Positions 1-9,860 of a stretch of 64,000 bases of DNA are shown one piece after another. The stretch comes from Cyanidioschyzon merolae (Eukaryota): the NCBI GenBank assembly GCA_000091205.1, contig AP006498.2. One strand, 5' to 3'. The position numbers and the translations under genes are program-made. Below the pieces are notes generated by a model. That model did no database searches. It was given only the letters and a program-made list of their open reading frames with translations, and was not told the DNA's origin. How positions within the stretch are numbered: position 1 is the first letter of the stretch; each line of letters opens with the position of its first letter.

Positions 1-345
1 TACGACTCAACACGGTTTCTAGTTGCCTCCCGTAACTTCTCCACCCACGCATTCTTGATATGTTTAAGAAGACAGGCTTTCACCACCGTCACGTAGGACT
101 CTTGTTTTTCGTGCAGCTTCTGACGTGGGCTCTCCCTCTTCTGCGTCTTTGTCTTTTCCTGTTACTCTCCGCCGGGCACTGTTTTTTGTTTTTTTTTCTG
201 GCAGCCGGCGACACCTGCCTTCCAGGATCCTCCGCTTGCTTTTCCAGAAATTTCCTTTTTTCGAAAAAGAACACGCTTTGAACGCTTCTGTTATAAACTG
301 CGAAAAATCAACCGAATACACTCATTTGAGCGTTGAAACACGACT
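1..345 (-). mobile_element. F-family (TnpB/Fanzor-like element) 5-prime portion, truncated by the window edge
   Basis: Reverse complement of 1-280 aligns base-for-base with the 5-prime 280 bp of the long F copy at 28311 onward (shared ATG...GTCGA(G/C)GATCCTGGAGG start and the aaacatatcaag block). Minus ORF 64-321 and plus ORF 60-281 mirror ORFs 28286-28513 and 28311-28574. Confidence 0.6.
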
Positions 346-409
346 GAGATGAAATAATATATTTCGCTACGATTCCAATGCAAATACACGTTTTACGTTA
401 AAACAACAA

Positions 410-1100
410 GTCAACGAATGGTCAGGATTGCGTTTCCCTTCAACGGCGAGATGCGCGTCGTACCTCATGCCTGCCGGTAATGGAGGTGTGCATCTCGACC
501 GCACTATATGCAGCAAAGAACAGGACTAGCTACTGACTAGCAATGAGATGACCATTTCTTTCCCACTCTACAGTAAACGTTAAAAGGGCAAATGTTGCCA
601 GATCGTCGAAAGCTTACCTTCCAGGCGAAAGGTCCAGCGAGCCGGACGAGTCTCCGGGGGTTCGTGCTTCATGGCTTCCCCTTCGCCACCCCAGTGCCAG
701 GTGCTCTAGTGATATCTGACCAACTCATCCCCGAAGCGGTTTATTCCGGCATTAAGGGTGCTCAGGCAGCGTCTGGGCGTCGCCCTGGTCGCAGCGCATT
801 CGGTGGTACGCCTACGCTGTCCTGTCCCTGTGCAGCATCCGCTCCAGCGGTACAAGCGCTGCGGCGGGTGCTCACCGCAGGCTCGGCGCACGAAAGAACG
901 CACAAATCGACCAGTCTAGCGGAAAGGGAGTCTAAGTAATGGAACCTGGAAGCAGGGTGCACCATGACGGGCGCTTTCCCGAAAGCCGATATCCATCCCG
1001 CAATCCGTGATCCACGGTCGATGGATAGGTTTTCTCAGACCAGAAAAAGAACAAGACACGACGCACATCTCGCCGTTGAAGGGAAACGCGATCCTGATCA
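410..1100 (+). mobile_element. B-family non-autonomous element (MITE-like) with about 40-bp terminal inverted repeats
   Basis: 412-452 (ggtcaggattgcgtttcccttcaacggcgagatgcgcgtcgta) is the inverted complement of 1058-1100. Internal sequence is shared with 27390-28140 (inverted) and 63010-63700. Confidence 0.65.
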
Positions 1101-1149
1101 TGAACGTGTCGCTCTAACGGACAAGACGTGTTAGGGTTGAAGTGGCAGC

Positions 1150-1735
1150 AAGGTCTAGTCTTTCAATGCATTCGTGTTCCACTAGCCTCGTAGAGTATTC
1201 AAGTGGTTTTTCGCGGTTAACAGCAGATGCGTTCCAAGTGCGTTCGTTCTCAAAAAAAATAGAATGCAATGGTATGGACGTGAAAGTCGAGGATACCGGA
1301 GGACCGTCATTGCCGAGTTCGACAAGCAAAATGAGGAAATCCTCTTCCCGCCGACCACCTATCCAAGAAGAACAACGGGTGACGACAACGAAGACGATGA
1401 CGATGACGACGATGCGATATAGGCGAGAAAAGGTGTTTGCGCAACCGGTACGTTTACGAAACTGTGGTGGCACAGAGAGCACGAGTTCGAGGCGTCTTCG
1501 CAAAGCGAGGTTCCACCATCGGCCATAAATGCAAGGAGTTCGTCGACCGAGACCCCAACGTCGCCATCATGATCAGATAATATGCAGAGCGAAAGACTTT
1601 ACCCGAGGAACTGACGCGATCTGACTTGCGGGGCAGTCTCTCAGGGTCTCCGTACACAACCAGAAGCTGAAGCCGACAGCAGGGCCCGGTCCAGCACGGC
1701 AGGGAGGCGTCTGCGGGTAGATATCCATGTATACG
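1150..1735 (+). mobile_element. F-family internally deleted short copy
   Basis: Carries the 5-prime leader plus ATGGACGTGAAAGTCGAGGATACCGG start and a (GAC/GAT)n tract. The 3-prime part encodes ...KCKEFVDRDPNVAIMIR...EELTRSDLRG (degenerate RuvC-III region) and a 3-prime terminus like the other F copies. Confidence 0.6.
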
Positions 1736-3220
1736 ACATGGTCGTGGGACGTTTTTGTTCCACTGACAGGTGCGTTCGAGTTACATAGAACTGAACAGAT
1801 CCACGGACAAAGACGTATGCACTAATATTTCGGCTTCTTTAAACGACGCTGGTCTCTCCTTTCTCTCCGGCGCTGTTCATAGCAGTCGCACGATATTGGC
1901 GGTGGTGGTGTTCAGGCCCCGATTCCATAGCTGCCGACTCTTGTCTAGGCATTCCATGCACTGCCAAAAGTTGCCATCTTCGCTTCGCTTGCCATGTGCA
2001 CCTTCTCTCCACTCTGTTGCGGTGCGCCCGTCGCAGCGTTGCCGCTTGGCTGTGGTCTGGCGGTCACATGCCACCAGCATACTTCGTCATCTGACGGCTA
2101 GTCGCTGACACGTGAACGCTCGCGTCGACGCTCCGTAACTGTGTGTGGCGGGTCCAGAAGCCTCACCTCAGTGCCCTGCTCCGTTCTCGCACCAGCTGCC
2201 GTAACCTACGCTCACGGGCTTCTGCTGGGCGATCGCCTCGGCGAGAGCGCTCCCCGCAGCACACGCCTGCGCATGCTGCTCCCTTCTCTAGACGACTCGT
2301 CGAAGGCGATGCTCTCCAGACAGGAACAGGTACCGCAACGAACCTCCCAGGCCGGCGTGCACGTCGTGAACTCTCGATCTGTCTTCGCTCGCTTCGCGCA
2401 AAGCAGTGACGCACACTCTACTCAAAGTCATCGCAGCGATGAGTAAAGCCCGGGTCCAAGACCCCTTTCCATGCGCAGAGAAGAGACGGGCGCCTCTGAG
2501 CGCATGTTCCGGGAACTGCACCATACTGCCAATGAGTGCCGCTCCGTCGATAGCCCCACATAGAGGTGCCATTGCCTCTCAAGCGAAACTGCCTGTTCGC
2601 AGTGATAAGCTGCGTGACGTTTCAGCGAGAGTCTGTGAACGAGTCGTCACGGCCTCAACCCAGGTATTTTTCGTCGTTCATCCAGCGACGTGAAGTGCTG
2701 CACCCGAGTGTCGTCTTGAAGCAGAGGCATCGAACCTTGGCGCATGCGAGTGATTCGTGCACGCTACACTTAGGAATATGAGAAGCGCAGAGGCTTGTAC
2801 ACATGTCGTGGAAGAAGATGCCTTTTATGTGATGAATCCTTGCTCGTGGGTGCCGCGCATCATTCAAATGACGGTGACGTGACGAATGCGAGCGGCAGAG
2901 GGTCTACAAAGCAACTCCGGATGTGCGACCCTGATTCCTACAGCTACTTCCCAGTCCATGAGCCCGCACTGTTGCACTTTGCATCTACAGGCTGGAGATC
3001 TAAAACAATTGCGGAAAAATCTCAAGCCAGGAACTGCGCGAGCAGCTCTGTATTGCATTGATTCTAACACTGGCGCTGCATCAGGTGCCGCCGCTGTTTC
3101 TCTGCAAAGCTCTGCCGTGCGCTCTCTCTCGCTTTCTCTCTCTACAACCTCCTCTCCGCGCCCTTGGCCAAAACACGTGAACAGAGTGCTGGATGTCGAG
3201 CATAACGCCCCGTTGCGCAG

Positions 3221-3724
3221 CTATCCGCCAGTCTGCACCTGCTTCGAGTACTCTCTCACTAAATAGACCAGGACCGCTATGCATACAGGAACAAACAGTC
3301 GTTTCAAAAGCGTCCACGTGCTGGATCCACCAGAGAGCGGCTCAGCTCCGAACGCGCCCCCGGCAAAGAGTCGCTCTTTTCCCAGACCGTTGGCTCGAAC
3401 ACCATCGCCGTCACGCCTCTCGGCTGCTGCACTCGCTTGGACGGCTCGCTTTGCAGCGAGTTCCTCTGCAGTGGGCTCTCGTACGTCACCAATGTAAAAC
3501 TCTTTGAGCTGCTCCCGCGCAGACTTGGAGTGACCGACATCCTCGAACTCGCGCGTCGCGTCCCGACCTGCGGTCTCGAGGAGCACGTCTTCGCCTCCGG
3601 GGTGCTCGTTCAGAAACTTCTCAACGGCGTATACTTTACCATCGATGACTAGCCAGCATGAGTCCTTATCTGCGTGTTTAGCGACCTCGTCCAAAGTAAA
3701 CTGAGTCGTGCGACCCATCGCCAT
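3221..3724 (-). CDS. cytochrome b5, tail-anchored
   Basis: Minus ORF 3221-3823. The haem-binding motif HPGGEDVLLETAGRDATREFEDVGHS and a C-terminal hydrophobic anchor (LFVPVCIAVLVYLV) are present. The likely start is the internal Met of MAMGRTTQFTLDEVAKH at 3724. Confidence 0.75.
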   Translation of the reverse strand: MAMGRTTQFTLDEVAKHADKDSCWLVIDGKVYAVEKFLNEHPGGEDVLLETAGRDATREFEDVGHSKSAREQLKEFYIGDVREPTAEELAAKRAVQASAAAERRDGDGVRANGLGKERLFAGGAFGAEPLSGGSSTWTLLKRLFVPVCIAVLVYLVREYSKQVQTGG

Positions 3725-3849
3725 CACCAACGCCGTTCGAAAGTCGAACGACGCCAACGGTGTACAATAGTGGCGAGTGACCCGCCCTAGAGGAGACGTC
3801 GCCAGTTGATGTGCGGACGCCATCCAATCTTTCTCGACCGGCCACGTAC

Positions 3850-4385
3850 AACTGCTTCCAACTTTTTCTCATATAATTCCACGTTGGGAGGTTCTCCCAC
3901 AAAATTCTCTCTTGTCTACTTTGGAGGTCTATTCTCCAGCACCGCACATCTCCTTATATCGATAGCTGCGTTAAGGTCTCGGTTCACAAACTCGATACGT
4001 TTCTTGCCATCATTGGTTGTACTTACTAATGCAAGTAGCCGTCGAACTTTTGCCCTCCTTTCCATTTGCTCGTCTGTCAGCGGTCCGTACTTTTTTATAT
4101 CCTCAGGGCTCCACTGACACTTTTACATTTCCACTCTCTGAGGTGTGCATCCGAGTTCATGGTGTGTACACGATGTTCGGAACTCATCTACAGGTATCGT
4201 GACGAAACGCCTTGCGCACTCCTTTTACGTTCTTGTCGATGGAGCTGGTGTAGTCCCTTTTTGGGTCTTCCATCGGCCTGCTCCGTACGCTACTACGAGC
4301 CTCTGACTTTCATCCTCCTTCAGGGCACTCAGCTGATTGAAGAAGTTTGCGAACGCCCGCTGCCTCCCACCGTATAGATGCATAC
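3850..4385 (-). mobile_element. F-family 3-prime-region fragment, left arm of an inverted pair
   Basis: Plus ORFs 3806-4117 and 4017-4202 match the minus-strand reading of 30145-30564 (GLFSxTAHxxIxIxALxSRxxNSIRFLP, HGVYTMFGTHL). Confidence 0.5.
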
Positions 4386-4489
4386 GCTGACGAGCCCACC
4401 GGGGCTTTGTATACCCTTTCTACAGCTCCTCGTTATGAGCAGCGCGAGTATTCATGAACTCCAGAAAAGCCTGAAAGTCCGCTCAACGG

Positions 4490-4910
4490 CTCGTCACGTT
4501 ACCGATAGATGAGTAACGAACGACTTTCGTCCACCATGAGTTGGGACGTACACTTCAGAAGGTAGAGATGGAAAAAGCCAGCGGGGCGCTCCGGAGATGA
4601 AAGAGTACGGAGAGCTGCCAGAGCAGGAAATTGCAGTGAGGGCACGAGGCCGTGGACTCCTTGCATTCATAAGTTCCACCAGCGGCGGAGCATGCAAGGA
4701 GTTCGTGAACCGAGACTTTAACGCAGCTATTAATATCAGAAGATGTGCAGTGCCGGAGACGAGACCCGAAGAGCTGACGCGATCTAATTTTGTGACACAG
4801 CCTCTCAGGCTCCAAGTGTACAGAGAGAAGCTGAAACCGATAGCCGAGGGCAGGTCGAAAAAGACTGGGAGATGTCTGCGCGATAGTAGATACACACAAA
4901 TACCGCCCAT
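4490..4910 (+). mobile_element. F-family 3-prime fragment retaining the RuvC-III motif
   Basis: ORF 4597-4938 reads GLLAFISSTSGGACKEFVNRDFNAAINIRRCAVPETRPEELTRSNFVTQPLRLQVYREKLKPIAEGRSKKTGRC, with D-x-NAA-x-NI. Confidence 0.6.
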
Positions 4911-5372
4911 GGCCGCGAAACGTTCTTCATTTTGCTGAATGTATAGATCATCTTCCGCCGGATGCACCAGCGATGTCCCCGGCACAAACGCTCCAACAGA
5001 AGATGTATTTCTTTTGGCAAGCCGTCGCACGGAAGACTTGCTCGGATACCGATGTTGGACGTCTGGGTCTGCATAATATTCTCAAACGAATGCTGATCCA
5101 GATTCTACCGTGGCATCTCTCGCAACGCATGAACTTCGCGCGAACCCGTTTCATCGTGTGCGTACGGCTTCCGCAAACCCCCTACATTTCAAAATCCGCT
5201 CACTCGGTGGTTGCCAACGCGGGGGTGAGGCCAACCTCATGTCGCCCTCTTTGAAACGCGCCTCCGGGGCGGAGCGTTCGCCACTCGGGTGATCCCAAAG
5301 ATGGATACCCCCGCAGCGATGCATATCGGTGGAGCGCATCCCAAGGAAGCGCGCCCCTATGATTTTCCGTCA

Positions 5373-6524
5373 TTATTCCTCTTCGACTAGATTGCCATGA
5401 CGGTCAAAGAAACGATACCGACGCCCGGGCACGATCGCGTTCCAAGCGATGCTTGCAAACGCGCCCGGCAGTGTCTTGAACCTGATGTACGCCCCACGAA
5501 GTGGTGGCTGTGATCGCGCCACCTGGATGATTCGAGGCACCAGGAACGCTGCAACTGTTTCCGGTCGCTCCGCCAAAAGGTTAAAGAATAGGCGCATCTG
5601 CGCGGTGGAGTCACGGAGCAGAAGATCCGTTATCATCATACCCGGTGAAATGGTGTGGACGGACACATTGGTGCCAGCGAGCTCTCTGTTAAGGGAGCGC
5701 ATCAGCTGCGGCATGGCACGTTTGGTTGTACCATACGCAGCAAAGTACGGGGTTCCGTTGCCAAAGACACCCGCACCGTCGACATTGAAAATATGCCCAT
5801 GCTTGTTTTGCGCACGCGTCATGTGGAGCGCTGCGGTGCGGCAGCCGAGCATCGTTCCGAGAAGGTTCGTCTCGATGACTTCGCGGAGCGCAGCTGCTGG
5901 CACATCGACAGCGCTCCCGCGTCTGCCAACAGTACCTGCGTTGTTAATCCACACATCCATGGTCGATTCACCAAAGTACGAAAAAGCCGACTCCACAAAC
6001 GACTCCAACTCGTCTTCACTCGCTACGTTGCAACGTTGAGCGAATAGAAGCGTTGGCGGGAGTTCGCTGCGAATGTCCGCGAGGCGCGTCGTATCGCGTC
6101 CGCAAACGGCAACGCGGTGTCCGCCCTGTGCAAATGCCCTCGTCAGCGCCCAGCCGAGACCACGGGAGCCCCCAGTGATGAAGACTACGAGTGAATCAGC
6201 CGCCGGCTGGAGTGTGCTGTCGAGGGCGAGCCTCGACGGACGCCTTGTGCGCCTGCGTGTCCAGCGCCGAGGTTCGTGCGCAACGCTCCTGTTGACGCAA
6301 GTTCCGCAAGCAGAGCGTGTGCGTTTTAGCACGCGCGCCGAACGCTGTACCGGCCGCAGATGCACGCGTTCCGACTCTGCTGTAGTACGGAGCGAGAACG
6401 ACCGGCCGCTTGCTGCCCTGAAGGGCGAAATCAGGAAGCATTCGCTCGGGGTACGCGTCGCGCTACCTGTCAACAGGGACAACCGACAGTGGCGCTGTCC
6501 ACAAGCTCCCTGCTCGGGGATCAT
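5373..6524 (-). CDS. short-chain dehydrogenase/reductase (SDR) family oxidoreductase with a long N-terminal extension
   Basis: VFITGGSRGLGWALTRAF matches the TGxxxGxG cofactor motif, NNAG is present, and YFAAYGTTKRAM matches the YxxxK catalytic motif. The roughly 110-aa Arg/Ser-rich N-terminus may be a targeting peptide or a too-early start. Confidence 0.75.
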   Translation of the reverse strand: MIPEQGACGQRHCRLSLLTGSATRTPSECFLISPFRAASGRSFSLRTTAESERVHLRPVQRSARVLKRTRSACGTCVNRSVAHEPRRWTRRRTRRPSRLALDSTLQPAADSLVVFITGGSRGLGWALTRAFAQGGHRVAVCGRDTTRLADIRSELPPTLLFAQRCNVASEDELESFVESAFSYFGESTMDVWINNAGTVGRRGSAVDVPAAALREVIETNLLGTMLGCRTAALHMTRAQNKHGHIFNVDGAGVFGNGTPYFAAYGTTKRAMPQLMRSLNRELAGTNVSVHTISPGMMITDLLLRDSTAQMRLFFNLLAERPETVAAFLVPRIIQVARSQPPLRGAYIRFKTLPGAFASIAWNAIVPGRRYRFFDRHGNLVEEE

Positions 6525-6603
6525 GCCCGACCTACCCGAGCGGTCTTCAACAGCCTCCAGTTTGCAGTGTATTCCGAAAGACTTGCGAAAAAGGAGTTTC
6601 GTG

Positions 6604-6685
6604 ACGGCGACGCGATTCGAACGCGCGTGAGCTGTCGCTCATTGGAACCTTACTCCAACGCCTTGGACCACTCGGCCACGCCGTC
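6604..6685 (-). tRNA. tRNA-Leu(AAG)-like, type II with long variable arm
   Basis: The reverse complement GACGGCGTGGCCGAGTGGTCCAAGGCGTTGGAGTAAGGTTCCAATGAGCGACAGCTCACGCGCGTTCGAATCGCGTCGCCGTC folds by eye. There is a perfect 7-bp acceptor stem, a GCC/GGC D-stem with a GAGTGG loop, an anticodon stem TTGGA/TCCAA with loop GTAAGGT (anticodon AAG), a GAGC/GCTC variable arm, and a GCGCG/CGCGT T-stem with TTCGAAT loop. Position 32 (G) and the discriminator (C) are atypical. Confidence 0.55.
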
Positions 6686-7194
6686 GTGCCTCTCTCTGAA
6701 GCGTACTGGGTGCACAGCGTCCGCGATAGTCGCTGCGATTGCATCGGCACGTCCATCGCGTTAGACATTGACGCGAACGCGCTCACCTGAGCGGATCAAG
6801 CTGTGCCCCAGCATCTCCATGGATCTTGTGATGCAGAAAACCGTATATAAAGTGATCAGTGCTGTCCGCGCAACGGCTGTCGCTCCGGTGGCGATCGCTG
6901 CGTGCCGCGGGCACGGAAGCGCACGCGTGCGCCTTCACGCATGGCCGTGCCTGAAGGGTTATTGCGTGGCAACGCGAGAGGCGTCCGCACACCAGAATGC
7001 GCCTCCAGCACCGCTGGACTGGGATCAATCGCCCGCTGCATGCACCGATGCGTGCGAGTCACGCGATCCTCCCGGCATCAGCGCCAGCAGAGATTTGCCC
7101 ATGCTGGGTCTGCGTGCTGCTGCTGTGTACGCGTGTGTATAGAGAGGCTCCTGATATCGCGAAACGTACCTATTCTTGAACTGGGCGGGCAGCC

Positions 7195-9531
7195 ATGTTC
7201 GTGCAGAGAACGTTTATAGCTCAGCACGCGCGGGAAAAGAGCCGCCCATTCAACCCGAGTCGCTCAGGAAAAGTTGGTCGGCGGCAGCACCCGGTGGCTT
7301 GCTCGTACCTGCCCTTGTCGCCCACGTCGCCGGGGCCTGGGCCGTCGAGACCGGAGAAGGAACTTCAAAAGAAGATAGATAATTTTCTCAAGCAAGTTCG
7401 TACGAGCTTTGCACGGTTGACGCGTCGTGGACAGTCGCGCGAAGCAGAGCGCTCTGCTGGGCCGCTCCCGGCGCCGTTGTCAGAGGCCCTGGCGGCGTTG
7501 CGGAAGCGCTTCGGCGACGATTCAGCGCAACCCAGCAGTTCCAGTACGGAAGACGGGTCTATCAGCAGCATTTTGAAGAGCGCAAGCGAGTTTGTGGACA
7601 ACATAGTATCCTCTGGTACGGGTTCGATGCCAGATCTAGGAGCTGTCCTGTCCGATTTGGTTGAGGATGCGCAGTCGCGTCTCGGGCAGACACGCAAGGA
7701 AATCGAGCGCTGGAGTCGCGATACGAGCAGATACATCCAAGACCAGCTGCCGGATGATACGGCGCAGCGAATGCGCGACCTGAACGACGCCGTACGCTCG
7801 GTGGCGATGACGGGGCCGGGCGATATCGACATGCCAGCACGCCTGCGGTCCGCAGAGCAGACGTTGCAGAACCTACGCGGAGACTTTGAGAATCTCAAAC
7901 CGTACTTGTCGAATACGTTGTCGCCAGTGGTTTCGGAAGCACAACGGTTCCTGGAATCTATTCGTTCGCAGTACAATCGCTTTGTGGAGACCAAGCTCGC
8001 CGAAATGACGGCATCGATTGGTATAGCGGAGTCATCATACATTGCAGAACCTCTTCGCGGGCGCAGGGTCCCTTTTGATGCGCAGCTGGCTTTACTCATG
8101 GCGGGGTTCACTTTCGACGCTTATCGAGATCCAGAGCCACACGAGGGCAAACGATGCGCTCTCGGGGACCTTCAGACGGTTTATCTCTCCCTAGATTTTG
8201 TTCGGGAATGCTTCGAGGGCGTGCTCACGGGACAAACTGGACGCAATTGGGCGTTGGAGTATCCACCGGAGGACTCGGCTCGCGAGGATAGCAGCTACAG
8301 CTTCTACATCAGAGATTTCGAGAACGATGATGCCACCGTCATTGAAAACAAGCCCTTTTTCCGTACAGAACGCCGAAAAGTTAAGGTCAAACAAATTCCG
8401 GAATCGCGGTTTGTGCGTTTCAAATTGAATGGTAATGGAAATGAGGAACACGGGCTTAATTCTGAGCAAATGGTGACTTCATCAGAGTCTTCTCTGATAG
8501 GGTTCGCGAACCAAGCAACACGCCGCTGGACGGACGCCGCACAGTATGCGTTTCATCGAACAGTGCAACTCGCTCAGCGACAAGCGAATAGCACCGAGAT
8601 CGCAAGATCCGTGGAGCAACTGATTCGCGAGTCAAACGTTCCGCCAGGCGAACTGCGAGAATGGGATGAGTTGCAGCGACGGGTCTTGGATGAGATCAGC
8701 TGCTACAAGGACACAGAGAGGCTGATGTTCGTCAAACATGTTGGTACTGATACTGAGTTTTATATCTGGCGTTCGCCTCCGGGCGAGCCGAACCGACGCG
8801 TGGTCTTCGCGTTCCGTGGAACAGTCCAAATGTCCTGGCGCGATTTCCTGACCGATGCCAAGCTCAATCAGGTGGATTTTTCTGAAGAAACTCGCGTGGA
8901 AGGGGCTTGCGTACATGCTGGGTTCGCCGAGGCGTACCGCTCGATCCGGGAGACAGTTCGGCGCGTGGCGCTCTATTTCGTGGAAAAGAGCCGGCGAGAA
9001 GGCACCCTCTCCAGCGAAGGGCTTGAGTTCTTCTTCACCGGACATTCGCTGGGTGCCGCGTTGGCCACACTTGCGGCGCTCGATGTGACGCGCGTTCTCG
9101 AGGATCGTGGCATTCCGTTGAGCCAGCGTGCACGCAACGGTGTCCGCATTCGTATGTACAACTTTGGCTCGCCGCGGGTTGGCAACGGAGTGTTTGCGCG
9201 GACCTTCAATACGCTGGTACCTGACGCTTATCGTATCGTGAATGACGCGGATGTTGTCGCTCGAATGCCGCGTACATTAAGTTTCGACTATCATCACGTC
9301 GGATCAACGGTCCTTGTGAACGCTGACGGCAAACTCTGGATAGAGGGTCAGAGTCCGGGCAGGGATCCGCTCAAGGAGCGATGGAGCACCATCGAGGATT
9401 TGATCAAGCTGGAGCAACGCGCGTTCGAGAGCATTTTTAACAATGAAGCGCTTTTGCACCACCTAGAAGATGCCTATTTCGTCGCTTTAGCTCGAACCAT
9501 CGTGAGGATCTCCGAATCAGCCATTTTGTAA
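7195..9531 (+). CDS. class 3 (fungal-type) lipase domain protein
   Basis: The 778-aa ORF has VVFAFRGTVQMSWRDFLTDA (the AFRGT block) followed by the nucleophile elbow GHSLGAALATLAALD. These are lipase_3 hallmarks. Confidence 0.8.
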   Translation: MFVQRTFIAQHAREKSRPFNPSRSGKVGRRQHPVACSYLPLSPTSPGPGPSRPEKELQKKIDNFLKQVRTSFARLTRRGQSREAERSAGPLPAPLSEALAALRKRFGDDSAQPSSSSTEDGSISSILKSASEFVDNIVSSGTGSMPDLGAVLSDLVEDAQSRLGQTRKEIERWSRDTSRYIQDQLPDDTAQRMRDLNDAVRSVAMTGPGDIDMPARLRSAEQTLQNLRGDFENLKPYLSNTLSPVVSEAQRFLESIRSQYNRFVETKLAEMTASIGIAESSYIAEPLRGRRVPFDAQLALLMAGFTFDAYRDPEPHEGKRCALGDLQTVYLSLDFVRECFEGVLTGQTGRNWALEYPPEDSAREDSSYSFYIRDFENDDATVIENKPFFRTERRKVKVKQIPESRFVRFKLNGNGNEEHGLNSEQMVTSSESSLIGFANQATRRWTDAAQYAFHRTVQLAQRQANSTEIARSVEQLIRESNVPPGELREWDELQRRVLDEISCYKDTERLMFVKHVGTDTEFYIWRSPPGEPNRRVVFAFRGTVQMSWRDFLTDAKLNQVDFSEETRVEGACVHAGFAEAYRSIRETVRRVALYFVEKSRREGTLSSEGLEFFFTGHSLGAALATLAALDVTRVLEDRGIPLSQRARNGVRIRMYNFGSPRVGNGVFARTFNTLVPDAYRIVNDADVVARMPRTLSFDYHHVGSTVLVNADGKLWIEGQSPGRDPLKERWSTIEDLIKLEQRAFESIFNNEALLHHLEDAYFVALARTIVRISESAIL

Positions 9532-9860
9532 AAACAAACACGACATGAACAGGAGTCTCGTTCCCGATCAACGCTGGTTGTGGTATAGGCTGCTATCCTG
9601 CCGTCACTGCAGCCTTCAGTGCACATGGGCTAGAATACGCTCCACCAGCACGATTTCCGGACCCGAGCACACAACTCTCGGCATCAGCGGTTAATCTCAG
9701 CCGCCGTCACCGCGATGTCAACCGCTCAGTGCATCACGCACTCAGGATCCCCGGTCAGATACAACAATCCTGCATTGCGACACACGAAACACACCCATTC
9801 AGTTGCGTACCCACAACCCGTGGTTAGACGCAGCGATTCTTCAGAGCATAGGAAATCCAC

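Noticed and set aside
1114-1528. Overlapping 128/129-aa ORFs on both strands
   Set aside because: Both lie inside the F short copy. Their conservation with other loci is explained by DNA-level repeat identity, not by independent genes.
2141-3266. Cluster of overlapping 80-126-aa ORFs on both strands in a GC-rich stretch
   Set aside because: No motifs and mutually overlapping frames. This is most likely untranslated flank of the cytochrome b5 gene or of an upstream gene.
7365-8111. 248-aa ORF antisense to the lipase gene
   Set aside because: No recognisable motif. It lies entirely inside a well-supported sense CDS. Long antisense ORFs are expected in GC-rich coding DNA.
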